A DNA stretch of 64,000 bases, taken from Pseudorhodoferax sp. Its GTDB lineage: Bacteria; Pseudomonadota; Gammaproteobacteria; Burkholderiales; Burkholderiaceae_C. The stretch spans positions 360,933 to 424,932 of the forward strand of contig CBDIIA010000001.1 of NCBI GenBank assembly GCA_965279475.1, read 5' to 3'. The notes beneath the pieces are model-generated. The model was not told the DNA's origin and ran no database searches. It saw only the letters and a program-made list of their open reading frames with translations. This document shows, in pieces, positions 32,570 to 41,077 of this stretch (within the stretch, counting starts at the first letter, position 1; each line of letters starts with the position of its first letter). Both the position numbers and the translations under genes were made by a program.

Positions 32570-32862
32570 GGTTTTCTCCTTGCATGCGTGGTGGGGAAAG
32601 GGTGCCGTTACAGCGTCGGCGGCGGACGATGAGTGCGATGGACCGGGCGTCACGCTGCGCGTCGGAAGCCACCTGTCGGTGGCCGCATCGGCTGGGCGTG
32701 GGCGCGGGCTGGGCGGGTCCAGCGTCGGACCGCCAGTGCTGACGGGCATCGGGCATCACGCACCCCAACACGGCAAGCCATGTTGGAGAGGCGATCCACC
32801 CGCTGCCCGCGTTCGGCATGGTCTTGCGACCGTTTCATTCGCTGGATTTGCAGTCCAGTGCT

Positions 32863-32930
32863 TGGAGCGGGAGTCGAACCCGCGACACACGACTGGTGAG
32901 GTCGTTGCTCTACCCGATTGAGCTATCCAA
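32863..32930 (-). tRNA. tRNA-Val(CAC)-like sequence, probably a pseudo-tRNA (5' acceptor strand mismatched at positions 1-2, C37, no encoded CCA)
   Basis: D arm GCTCAATCGGGTAGAGC, anticodon arm ACGAC-CTCACCA-GTCGT, T arm GCGGGTTCGACTCCCGC, 3' TCCAAGCA. Confidence 0.35.
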
Positions 32931-32985
32931 TGGTGGCGACCATCCGAGAATCGAACTCGGCGGCTTACGCCGCAATCCATTGATG
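32931..32985 (-). ncRNA. tRNA-like minihelix (7-bp acceptor CGACCAT/ATGGTCG, GNRA hairpin CGGCGTAAGCCG, T arm CCGAGTTCGATTCTCGG, 3' CCACCA) with no anticodon arm
   Basis: Read directly from the sequence. About 54 nt, abuts the tRNA-Val-like unit. Function unknown. Confidence 0.25.
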
Positions 32986-33133
32986 GTCGGTATCGGCCGA
33001 TTCCGGCGGCGCGGCATGTGCAGCATCGACGGACGGATCCGGATGCCGCACACCGGCGGGGCAGGCTTGCGCCAGAACCCCTGACCTGTGAGCGTTCGCC
33101 TTCCACAGCAGATGCGTGAGCGCCGGTGCAAGG

Positions 33134-33709
33134 TCAGCACAGGCGCGAGTTCTTCGGCAGTCGCGCGGCCAGCCACGTGTGCACGTCCGCGCGGATGTGC
33201 CGGCCTTCGAGCAGAAAGTCCTCGAAGCGGCTCGGCACATACGGCAGGTACAGCAGCGGCATGCGCGCTTCTTCCGGCGTGCGGTCGGCCTTGCGGGCGT
33301 TGCAGCCGCCGCAGGCGGTGACCAGGTTCATCCAGGTCCAGCGCCCGCCGCGCGATTCCGGCAGGATGTGCTCGCACTGCAGATCGCGCTCCGAAAAGCA
33401 ATGGCCGCAGTACGCGCAGGTCAGCCGGTCGCGGCGGAACAGCTTGCCCTTGCTGAACGCGGGTGCCACGTCGAATAGGTTGATGCGCGACGCGCCGTGC
33501 AGCGCGATGATCGGATGCACATCGATGACCGACTGGCGGCCGCGCGCGACATTGAAGCCGCCCCGCAGCGTGGCCAGTGGGCCGTCGCCGTCGACCCACG
33601 CCACGGCATCGACGGCCACGTGCGAGGCCGCATGCTCGAGCGAGATCCACGCCTGCGGCGTGCCCTGGATGTCGAGTTGCAGCACGTGGCTGTGGGTGTA
33701 CGGATGCAT
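33134..33709 (-). CDS. HNH endonuclease
   Basis: HNH core CAYCGHCFSERDLQCEHILPESRGGRWTWMNLVTACGGCNARK. ATG at 33709 with AGGAGG Shine-Dalgarno 6 nt upstream. Sits immediately downstream of tRNA-Leu. Confidence 0.8.
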   Translation of the reverse strand: MHPYTHSHVLQLDIQGTPQAWISLEHAASHVAVDAVAWVDGDGPLATLRGGFNVARGRQSVIDVHPIIALHGASRINLFDVAPAFSKGKLFRRDRLTCAYCGHCFSERDLQCEHILPESRGGRWTWMNLVTACGGCNARKADRTPEEARMPLLYLPYVPSRFEDFLLEGRHIRADVHTWLAARLPKNSRLC

Positions 33710-33745
33710 GGATGGCCTCCTTTCAGGCCGCTTCGTGGATGAGAC

Positions 33746-33830
33746 TGGTCCCCTCGGTCCGAGTCGAACGGACATGCCTTGCGGCCCCGGTTTCTGAGAC
33801 CGGTGCGTCTGCCTGTTTCGCCACGAGGGG
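33746..33830 (-). tRNA. tRNA-Leu (anticodon CAG), class II with long variable arm
   Basis: Acceptor CCCCTCG/CGAGGGG, anticodon arm CCGGT-CTCAGAA-ACCGG, T arm GTCCGTTCGACTCGGAC, ACCA end. Confidence 0.8.
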
Positions 33831-33854
33831 GCTTGCATGGATTGCGCATGCGCT

Positions 33855-33929
33855 TGGGGGTGACCGGCCGGAGTCGAACCGGCACCGGCGGGGTCACGAC
33901 CCGCAGCTCTGCCATTGAGCTACGGTCAC
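33855..33929 (-). tRNA. tRNA-His(GUG)-like gene with atypical features (C33 in anticodon loop TCGTGAC, one extra C before CCA, T rather than G at -1)
   Basis: Acceptor GTGACCG/CGGTCAC, D arm GCTCAATGGCAGAGC, T arm GCCGGTTCGACTCCGGC. Confidence 0.5.
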
Positions 33930-34029
33930 ACCCAAACGCACGCACATCTGAACTCTGCTCCCCGACGTTGCTCGGCCCCGCTGATGAACAGCCAGCTGTT
34001 CCGTGGTCGAATCGATCGGGGGGAAGATC

Positions 34030-34108
34030 TGGCGCCTCGTGCACGACTTGAACGTGCGACCCCCGGTGTCGTAGACCGGTGCTCTTGATTCCACTGAGCT
34101 AACGAGGC
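34030..34108 (-). tRNA. tRNA-Arg (anticodon ACG)
   Basis: Acceptor GCCTCGT/ACGAGGC, anticodon arm CCGGT-CTACGAC-ACCGG, T arm GCACGTTCAAGTCGTGC, GCCA end. Confidence 0.8.
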
Positions 34109-34550
34109 AAAAAAAAATTCCGGTGACGGGTTCCGGCGCCGCCCTATCTTTGCGGCCGGTTTCCACCCTCGATGCGCGAGCGCCACGAGGGCTTCCTGAT
34201 GTGTCCACTTCGGCTGTGCCCAAACGCGAGCATCCCGTCGGACGTGGTGTCTCGCTGCACGCAACCTGGCCAGGGATTGCGCACATCCCGCACCGCCAAC
34301 ACCATGTCGCGCGGCAACGGAGTGCAAGGACACACCCGAAGTGGAGCGGATGACGGCCCTCGTCCTGCCCCCTTGCGTGGAGCAGGACGTGACACCGTCA
34401 CCGCACAATTCTGCGAAGCCCGCCATCGGCCAGTACCGAGGCTTGCTTCGCGGCAGTTTGTTAAAGAGCGTCCACCGCTGCCCATCGGCATCGGTGCTGC
34501 GATCGATGGATCGATCGCGGGTCTGCGGCGATGCGCAGACCTGGGGTTGA

Positions 34551-34594
34551 AGTCAGAAAACAAAAAAGGCCCGGATCCTTGTCAGATCCGGGCC
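34551..34594 (-). terminator. Strong rho-independent terminator for minus-strand transcription
   Basis: Perfect 10-bp stem GGCCCGGATC/GATCCGGGCC with loop CTTGTCA, followed on the minus strand by TTTTTTGTTTTC. Confidence 0.55.
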
Positions 34595-34910
34595 TCTGCG
34601 TACAGAGATTCGAGGGCGCGCAGCTATGCGCTTCCCTCTCCCGGATGCACCTGGTCCTCGTTCCGGTCAAGCCAGGAATGGCTTGCCGGCAGGCACAGAT
34701 GCAGTGCGCGCGTCATGCGACCGCCAAACGACTTCATCGCCGCAGCACGCACGCACGCGACCCAACCCTTCATGGGGCGGTTGCCTGTGACGATGTGCGC
34801 GGATTTCACGATGAAGCCTTTGAAAAAATACTGCTCGATGAGCGAAGGAGGCGAACTGTAAATAGTCTTTACTATCTCGTCAAGCCCCGGCGACAATATT
34901 CTTTTCTCCG

Positions 34911-35297
34911 TTGCATCCAGAACACGTGGCCAACATCACACTCACCCGCAGACAGAATGCCCTGGCGCTGTTCCAGGCCCATGCGGAGAAGGCACTTGCC
35001 GGGGGCGCAGCGCCGAAGGGGCTGGAGCAGGCCTATGCGGCCACGCTGCAGATCTCGCCGAGCATGTGGAGCCAGATCAAGTCGTCGCGACCCATCGGCG
35101 ACAAGCTGGCCAGGCAGATCGAATCGGCCTGTGCCAAACCTGTCGGATGGCTCGACGCATTGCATCAGGACACCGCCCCCTCGCCCGCTGAAGCCGAGTT
35201 CCTTGAATTGGCGCTGAGCGCCTGGCGTTCGACCAACAACGCGGGACGCAAACAACTGCGGGCGCAGTTGAAAGAACTTGCTGCGAAGCCGGACTGA
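34911..35297 (+). CDS. Small Cro/CI (XRE)-like DNA-binding protein; start uncertain (TTG at 34911 or GTG at 34926)
   Basis: C-terminal half (LEQAYAATLQISPSMWSQIKSSRPIGDKLARQIESACAKPVGWLD) resembles YdaS/Cro-type HTH. AT-rich promoter-like DNA directly upstream. Confidence 0.45.
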   Translation: MHPEHVANITLTRRQNALALFQAHAEKALAGGAAPKGLEQAYAATLQISPSMWSQIKSSRPIGDKLARQIESACAKPVGWLDALHQDTAPSPAEAEFLELALSAWRSTNNAGRKQLRAQLKELAAKPD

Positions 35298-35415
35298 GAG
35301 CGCCCGCCTCCGCGCACAACAAGTTCAACATACGAAACTTCGGCGCCGTGCGCCGACCCTGCGATGCACGCAGAGCGCTAACGTAGGCGCCATAACAAAT
35401 CGCAGGAGACAAGCT

Positions 35416-36396
35416 GTGACATCCAGGATTCGCCGCCAGGTGCTGGCCCTTGCCGCCGCTGTGCCGATGCTGTTCGCCATCGGCGCGGCACAGGCGCAGG
35501 GCCATGCCGACTACCCCAACCGGCCGGTGAAGATCGTCGTGGCCTACCCCGCCGGGCAGAGCACCGACATCGCCACCCGCTACTTCGCCACCAAGCTGAC
35601 GCAGGCCATGGGCCAGAGCTTCTTCGTCGAGAACAAGCCAGGGGCCTCGGGCAACATCGGCACCGCCGTGGCGGCCCGCGCCACGCCCGACGGCTACACG
35701 CTGATCATGGGCGCGTCGGGCACGCACGCGATGAACCCCGCGTTGTTCGACAACCCGGGCTTCGACGCCGAGAAGGACTTCGATGCGATCGTGCTCACCG
35801 CACTGATCCCGTTCGCCATCTCCACCGGGCCCAACAGCAACATCGGCTCGCTGTCCGAACTGATCTCGATCGCGACCCGGCAGCCCGAGAAGATCAACGC
35901 CGCGATCCCCAGTGTCACGGGCCAGCTGGTGTTCGAGATGCTGAAGCAGCGCGACGTGCCGCTGTTCGCCGTCAAGTTCAAGGGCTCGGCCGACTCGATG
36001 ACCGCCGTGCTCGGCGGCCATGTGCAGGTGCTGATCGACACCGTGGCCGCCACGCGCACGCAGCTGGGCCGCATCAAGCCGCTGGCCGTCACCACCGCGG
36101 CGCCGATGGCTTCGATGCCCGGCGTGAAGACCGCGAGCGAACAGGGGCTGGCCAACTTCAATATCGCGGCCTGGAACGCGCTGATGGCGCCGCGCGGCGT
36201 GCCGGCCGACATCCAGGCCAGGCTGGCCAGCGAGATGCGCAAGATCCTGGACCTGCCCGAGACCCAGCAAGCCCTGGCGGACCTGGGGTTCGAGCGCGCG
36301 CCGGTGCGCACCCATGCCGAGCTCAATGCCTGGCTGCGCGAGGAGCGTAGCAGCTACCTGAAGACCATCCGCACTGCCCAGATGAAACCCGACTGA
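35416..36396 (+). CDS. Bug-family (TctC-like) tripartite tricarboxylate transporter substrate-binding protein
   Basis: GTG start after CAGGAGA. Signal peptide, then typical Bug sequence (PNRPVKIVVAYPAGQSTD...). Confidence 0.8.
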   Translation: MTSRIRRQVLALAAAVPMLFAIGAAQAQGHADYPNRPVKIVVAYPAGQSTDIATRYFATKLTQAMGQSFFVENKPGASGNIGTAVAARATPDGYTLIMGASGTHAMNPALFDNPGFDAEKDFDAIVLTALIPFAISTGPNSNIGSLSELISIATRQPEKINAAIPSVTGQLVFEMLKQRDVPLFAVKFKGSADSMTAVLGGHVQVLIDTVAATRTQLGRIKPLAVTTAAPMASMPGVKTASEQGLANFNIAAWNALMAPRGVPADIQARLASEMRKILDLPETQQALADLGFERAPVRTHAELNAWLREERSSYLKTIRTAQMKPD

Positions 36397-36413
36397 AGAC
36401 ACGAGAGGCCCAC

Positions 36414-37292
36414 ATGACCCAACTCCGCACCACCTTCCTGCATTCCGACTTCGCCGTGCAGGTGCTCAACCCCATCATGGACATGGTCGACGATCCGGAC
36501 GCGATCGAGGAACTGAAGCTCCTGTGGCAGACCTCGCCCGTGCTGGTGTTCCGCCGCCAGTCGCTGGAAGAGTCCGAACTGGTCCGCTTCACCGAACGTT
36601 TCGGCAAGTGCGAGACCTCGGGCCGCAAGGACATCCAGTCGCCCTACCACGAGCAGATCATCTACTTCAGCACGCTGAAGTACGCCGACGGCCGCTTCGT
36701 AGGCGGCTTTGCCGGCGGCGACGACGTCGACTGGCATTCCGACCAGACCTTCCAGGTGCGGCCCGCCACCGGCGCCATGCTCTACGGCACCGAGGTGCCG
36801 CGCGACGGCGGCGACATCTACTGGGCCAACCAGTACGGCGCCTGGGACCGCCTGCCGCCCGACGTGCAGCAGCTGATCGACGGGCGCACGGGTGTCTACC
36901 GTTACGCCAAGCGCTACGCGATGCTCAACACGCTGGAGCTGAAGGACAAGGAGAAGGCCAACGCGCTGCTGAGCCTGCCCGATGCGCGCCACCCGGTGGT
37001 GCTGACGCATCCGCGCACCCGCCGCAAATCGCTCTATGCCGACCCGACCACGCTGATCTCGATCGAAGGCCTGTCGGACGAACAGAATGCGCGCGTACTG
37101 CCCATCCTGTTCGAGGCCGGCGGCCATCCGTCGCTGACCTACCGCCACAAGGTGCACAACGGCGACCTGCTGATGTGGGACAACGGCTGCACCATGCACC
37201 GCCGCGACGAAATGCGCCTGGACCAGCCGCGCCTGATGAAACGCACGACCTTCCGCCTGGCGTCGGGCGAGTACAGCGTGCCGCAGGTCTGA
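36414..37292 (+). CDS. TauD/TfdA-family Fe(II)/alpha-ketoglutarate-dependent dioxygenase
   Basis: 292 aa with HxD...H facial-triad pattern (WHSDQTF..., CTMHRRD). Confidence 0.85.
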   Translation: MTQLRTTFLHSDFAVQVLNPIMDMVDDPDAIEELKLLWQTSPVLVFRRQSLEESELVRFTERFGKCETSGRKDIQSPYHEQIIYFSTLKYADGRFVGGFAGGDDVDWHSDQTFQVRPATGAMLYGTEVPRDGGDIYWANQYGAWDRLPPDVQQLIDGRTGVYRYAKRYAMLNTLELKDKEKANALLSLPDARHPVVLTHPRTRRKSLYADPTTLISIEGLSDEQNARVLPILFEAGGHPSLTYRHKVHNGDLLMWDNGCTMHRRDEMRLDQPRLMKRTTFRLASGEYSVPQV

Positions 37293-37308
37293 ACAAAGCC
37301 TGTTCGTG

Positions 37309-40300
37309 CTACCGGCTCGAACAGGCGGCCTGCAGCATCCGGGCAAAGACCGGCTCAGGAACCGGCCTGCTGATCAGATAACCCTGGAGCTGGTCGCAGT
37401 GCAGCTGCCGCAACGTGTCCGCCTGCTGCTCCGTCTCGACGCCCTCGGCCACGACCTGCATGCGCAACGCGTGGGCCAGCGAGATCATCGTGGACACCAG
37501 CGTCAGCGTGTTGGCGTCTTCGTTCATCGACATCGTGAACGCGCGATCGATCTTGAGTGTCTGCGCGGGCAGCTTGCTGAGGTAGGCCAGAGAAGAGTAG
37601 CCAGTGCCGAAGTCGTCGATTGCCAACGCGATGTCGTGCGAGCGCAGATGCTGGAGCTTGGCGATGGTGTCGTCGATGTCCTCCATCGCGGCGCTTTCGG
37701 TGATCTCGAGGTCGATGCCCGCGGCTGCGTCGCGCGTGCCCAGAGCCAGCAGGACGGTGTCCACGAAATCCCGCTTGCGCAGTTGCACCGCCGACACATT
37801 GACTGCCACGTGGGGTGCGGTCAGCCCCTGTCGCACCCAGCCTCTGCGATCTTCGGCGGCCTGCCGCAACGCCCAGGAGCCGACGTCGACGATCAGCCCG
37901 GTCTCTTCCATCAACGGGATGAACCTGCCCGGCGGCACCAGGCCGAGCTCGGGGTCCTGCCAGCGTATCAGCGCCTCGACGCCAACGATGCCGCGCGTGA
38001 CCGCATCCACCTTGGGCTGGTAGTACAGGACGAAGCGGGTGCGTTCCAGCGCGTCGCGAAGCTGCATCTCGAGCGCGATCTTCTCCGCAATCACCTTGCT
38101 CATGTGGGCGTCGTAGAGCAGCACGCGTTCGGTCGAGCGCTTGGCACGCTTGACCGCCGCCTCCGCATGGCTGAAGAGCGTTCCCGCATCGCCTCCGTCG
38201 TCCGGACACAGTGCAAATCCCGCACGCGCCGCCACGTGGATCGTCGACCCGTCGATATCGAATGCCGATCCGAAGCAGGCCCGGTAGAAGTCGTCGAGGC
38301 TCCTCGCCAGTTCGATCCCCTGGGGAGCGTTCTGCAGCACCACGGCGAACTGGTCCGGGCCCACGCGCGCCATCCTGCTGCGGTCGCCCAGCACCGATGA
38401 CACGCGCTCGGCCACCTGGCGGAGCAACGCGTCACCCGTGTGGCGGCCCCAGACATCGTTGATCGACTTGAAACGCTCGATGTCCAGCAACCCGATGGCC
38501 AGCCGGGAATGGCTGGCCATCGCGGCGTCGACGAACTGTGCGCTGCGCTCGCGGAACAACATGCTGTTGGCATGGCCCGTCAACGCGTCGTAATAGGCCA
38601 GACGGTTCAGTTGCTCTGCCTGGCGCAGATGGTCCATGGCGAAGGACAGGTCGCCCGCCAGCTCCCGCAACAGCTTCAGCTCCTCCGCATCGAAGAAATC
38701 GACCTCGTCCGCATGGAGCAGGATGAGACCCAACGTCTGGTTTCCCACCACCAGGGGAAGGGCAACGACCGAGCGCGAACCGGACTTGAGTGCCGCTTCC
38801 CGCAGCGTCATCCAGGTGCTCGCGGCAATGTCGTTGACCACCAGCGGTTGCTGGCGCACGACCAGCTGTTCGAACTGCGGGCTGCCGCTGTTCAGGTGCT
38901 GCTGCAATTCGGTCGCGACCTGCTCGAAATAACCGCTGTTACTGGCGCCATCACTGGCAGCCACCACCTCGATCCTCAACGGATCCTGGTGGAGCAGGCC
39001 GATCCAGGCCTTGTTGAACCGCCCCGTCCCGATGGCGATGCGGCAAGCCTCGCGGAACAGTTCGTCGCGGTGGGTCACGCGCACGATCAGCGCGTTGATC
39101 TCGCTGAGCACTGTCGACACGCGATGCAGTCGCCGGATGCGCTGCTCCGCGTGCTTGCGTTCGGTGATGTCCTCGTGTGCGACCACCACACGCACCGGGC
39201 CCGATCCGGCAAAGCGCGACGCCCGTGCGAGGAACCAGCGCGCCTCCGTCGCCGATCCGCAGGGGTACTCCATGGCGAAGATGTTCTGCCGCCCGTCGAT
39301 CACCTCGCGGATGCCTGTTGCCATGGCAACGGCGTCGGCAGCACCTTCGCCCTGGGCCTGATCGCAGGCCTGCAGGTAGTTCGCGCCTTCCAGCACGCGC
39401 AGCGGGTCTCCGTTCTCGGAGGCGGAGAATTCGCGCCAGGCGCGGTTCACGGTGAGGATGACGCCGTTGCTGTCGATCACGCAGACGTGCTCCAGCAGAG
39501 AGTCCAGCGTTGAACGGATGAAGTGCTCGGATGCCTTCAACGCTTCCTCGGTCTCCTTGCGGCGCACGAACTGCCCGAGCTGGTTGCCGATCACGCGCGC
39601 TGAGGCCTTCACCCGCTCGTCAGGCTGGCGGGTGTTGCGGCTCAGGAACGACAGGACGCCGATCGCACGGCCGTCGCTGACGAGGGGGAACAGGCTTGCG
39701 CTCAGCAGACCGTCCTGGCGCAGCACGGCCCTGTGCTTCAGCCGGGGTTCGGCGCGCAGGTCCGGCACCCACATGGCCTGGCCCGACAGCCAGACGTACC
39801 CGGCCAAGCCTTCGCCAGGCCTGAGCACGGTCACGTTCTGTGGCGGGTTGTCGGCGGTCGACCCCGTTGCTGTATCGAACTCCATCGCCAGGCGCAGCAA
39901 GCCGACAGACTCGTCGGCTTGCCAGTAGCGCCCGACTTCCCACTGTTGCGATGCGCAAATGGCCTGCAGCACGGTGGCCACGCCCCCCTGCAGTTCATCG
40001 GCGACCGCGAGTGCGCGCGCCACCGTGTGTTCGAGTCGCAGCAAGGCACCCTCACGTTCGCGCTCCAGAGCCTGCACCTGCAGAAGGCCGATCTGCTGCT
40101 GGACCTTGGCGTACAGACTTCCGTTCTCGTAGATGCGGCCCACCTGCGTTGCCTGTACCGCCAGCGTGCGCTCGTCTTCCTCGCTGAAGCTGTCGCCGCC
40201 CAGCCTGTCGACCAGCAGGATCCAGCCATACCAGTTGTGCAGCGACACCACGGGCGCCAGCACAGCGGTGCGCGCCCCCGGCACGTGCCGGGCCAGGGTG

Positions 40301-41076
40301 TCGCGCAACGCCGCGTTGCCGGTGCTTTCGTCGAAGCGGCAGGGCAGCAGCGCGGTGGTGCTGCCGGACTGCAGCACCGGCTCGGCCTGCATGCGCTGGA
40401 AGAGCACGGCTTCCTCGTGGCGCAGACCGTGCGCGAAAAAGTGCAGTGCCGTGGGTTCGGCCTTGTCCCTTACCGAGAGCAACGCCAGCCGCGAGCCGAA
40501 CAAGGCGCGCACGCTGCGGCAGAACTTCTCGAGCAGCGTCGCCGGTTCGCGTTCCGATGCCAGTTGTACGCTCAGGTCGATCAGCGCGGCCAGGCGTCGG
40601 TTGGCGTGTTCGAGCTGGTCTGCTTTCTCGGCCAGCTTGTCGGTGACCAGGCGGAGGTGGGCGCGGTCGAACTCGGGAGCCGCACTGACCAAGGGCGCTT
40701 CAGGCCGGTCGTGCGCCAGCGCGGCCTGCACGGCGGCGAGGATGTCTTCGGGCTCGCATGGTTTGGTGAGCACATGCCGCACCCCGCAGGCTGCTGCCAG
40801 GGTATGGGCTTCGCGCTCCAGGAAGGTGGCCGTGTAGAAGATGATCTCGGTTGAGGCAATCGCCGGGTCGCCACGCAATTGCCGCACGAACTGGTAGCCG
40901 TCCATCGTCGGCATCAGGATGTCGCAGACCACCAGGTCCGGGCGGAACTTGCGCACCTGCGCCAGGGCCTCTTCGCCGTCACCAGCTTCCGCCAACTGGT
41001 GTCCGGCGTATCCGAGCAAGGTCACCACCAACTCGCGGTTCGTCGCGAGATCATCGACGACCAGGACGCGCGCCAC
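37309..41076 (-). CDS. Multidomain signalling protein: REC - GAF/PAS - GAF - degenerate GGDEF (GPDQF) - EAL c-di-GMP phosphodiesterase
   Basis: 1255 aa. Receiver (VVDDLATN...D...K), EAL motifs EALIRW, DDFGTGYSS, KIDRAF and EGVET intact; GGDEF motif degenerate. GTG start 1 nt after the response-regulator stop with AAGGAAGG Shine-Dalgarno. Confidence 0.85.
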   Translation of the reverse strand: MARVLVVDDLATNRELVVTLLGYAGHQLAEAGDGEEALAQVRKFRPDLVVCDILMPTMDGYQFVRQLRGDPAIASTEIIFYTATFLEREAHTLAAACGVRHVLTKPCEPEDILAAVQAALAHDRPEAPLVSAAPEFDRAHLRLVTDKLAEKADQLEHANRRLAALIDLSVQLASEREPATLLEKFCRSVRALFGSRLALLSVRDKAEPTALHFFAHGLRHEEAVLFQRMQAEPVLQSGSTTALLPCRFDESTGNAALRDTLARHVPGARTAVLAPVVSLHNWYGWILLVDRLGGDSFSEEDERTLAVQATQVGRIYENGSLYAKVQQQIGLLQVQALEREREGALLRLEHTVARALAVADELQGGVATVLQAICASQQWEVGRYWQADESVGLLRLAMEFDTATGSTADNPPQNVTVLRPGEGLAGYVWLSGQAMWVPDLRAEPRLKHRAVLRQDGLLSASLFPLVSDGRAIGVLSFLSRNTRQPDERVKASARVIGNQLGQFVRRKETEEALKASEHFIRSTLDSLLEHVCVIDSNGVILTVNRAWREFSASENGDPLRVLEGANYLQACDQAQGEGAADAVAMATGIREVIDGRQNIFAMEYPCGSATEARWFLARASRFAGSGPVRVVVAHEDITERKHAEQRIRRLHRVSTVLSEINALIVRVTHRDELFREACRIAIGTGRFNKAWIGLLHQDPLRIEVVAASDGASNSGYFEQVATELQQHLNSGSPQFEQLVVRQQPLVVNDIAASTWMTLREAALKSGSRSVVALPLVVGNQTLGLILLHADEVDFFDAEELKLLRELAGDLSFAMDHLRQAEQLNRLAYYDALTGHANSMLFRERSAQFVDAAMASHSRLAIGLLDIERFKSINDVWGRHTGDALLRQVAERVSSVLGDRSRMARVGPDQFAVVLQNAPQGIELARSLDDFYRACFGSAFDIDGSTIHVAARAGFALCPDDGGDAGTLFSHAEAAVKRAKRSTERVLLYDAHMSKVIAEKIALEMQLRDALERTRFVLYYQPKVDAVTRGIVGVEALIRWQDPELGLVPPGRFIPLMEETGLIVDVGSWALRQAAEDRRGWVRQGLTAPHVAVNVSAVQLRKRDFVDTVLLALGTRDAAAGIDLEITESAAMEDIDDTIAKLQHLRSHDIALAIDDFGTGYSSLAYLSKLPAQTLKIDRAFTMSMNEDANTLTLVSTMISLAHALRMQVVAEGVETEQQADTLRQLHCDQLQGYLISRPVPEPVFARMLQAACSSR

Positions 41077-41077
41077 C

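Noticed and set aside
32842-32858. Hairpin CTGGA-CTGCAAA-TCCAG, identical to a tRNA-Cys(GCA) anticodon arm and one base from the E. coli selC (tRNA-Sec) anticodon arm
   Set aside because: No flanking D arm, T arm or acceptor stem can be paired, so it is not a tRNA-Cys or selC gene. Kept only as part of the tRNA-like fragment cluster.
32570-32860. Sigma54 (-24 GG / -12 GC) promoter upstream of the SPFH-protease-rtcB operon, as found for E. coli rtcBA
   Set aside because: The only near-matches (TGGCTT-N5-GTTGG and CGGCAC-N5-CCCCA) deviate at the critical -12 TTGC element, and no rtcR-like activator is present.
34172-34861. 229-aa plus-strand ORF in the tRNA-Arg-proximal spacer
   Set aside because: Translation is low-complexity and stop-free only by GC bias. 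The interval contains a strong minus-strand terminator and AT-rich promoter-like DNA, so I treat it as non-coding or sRNA-bearing.
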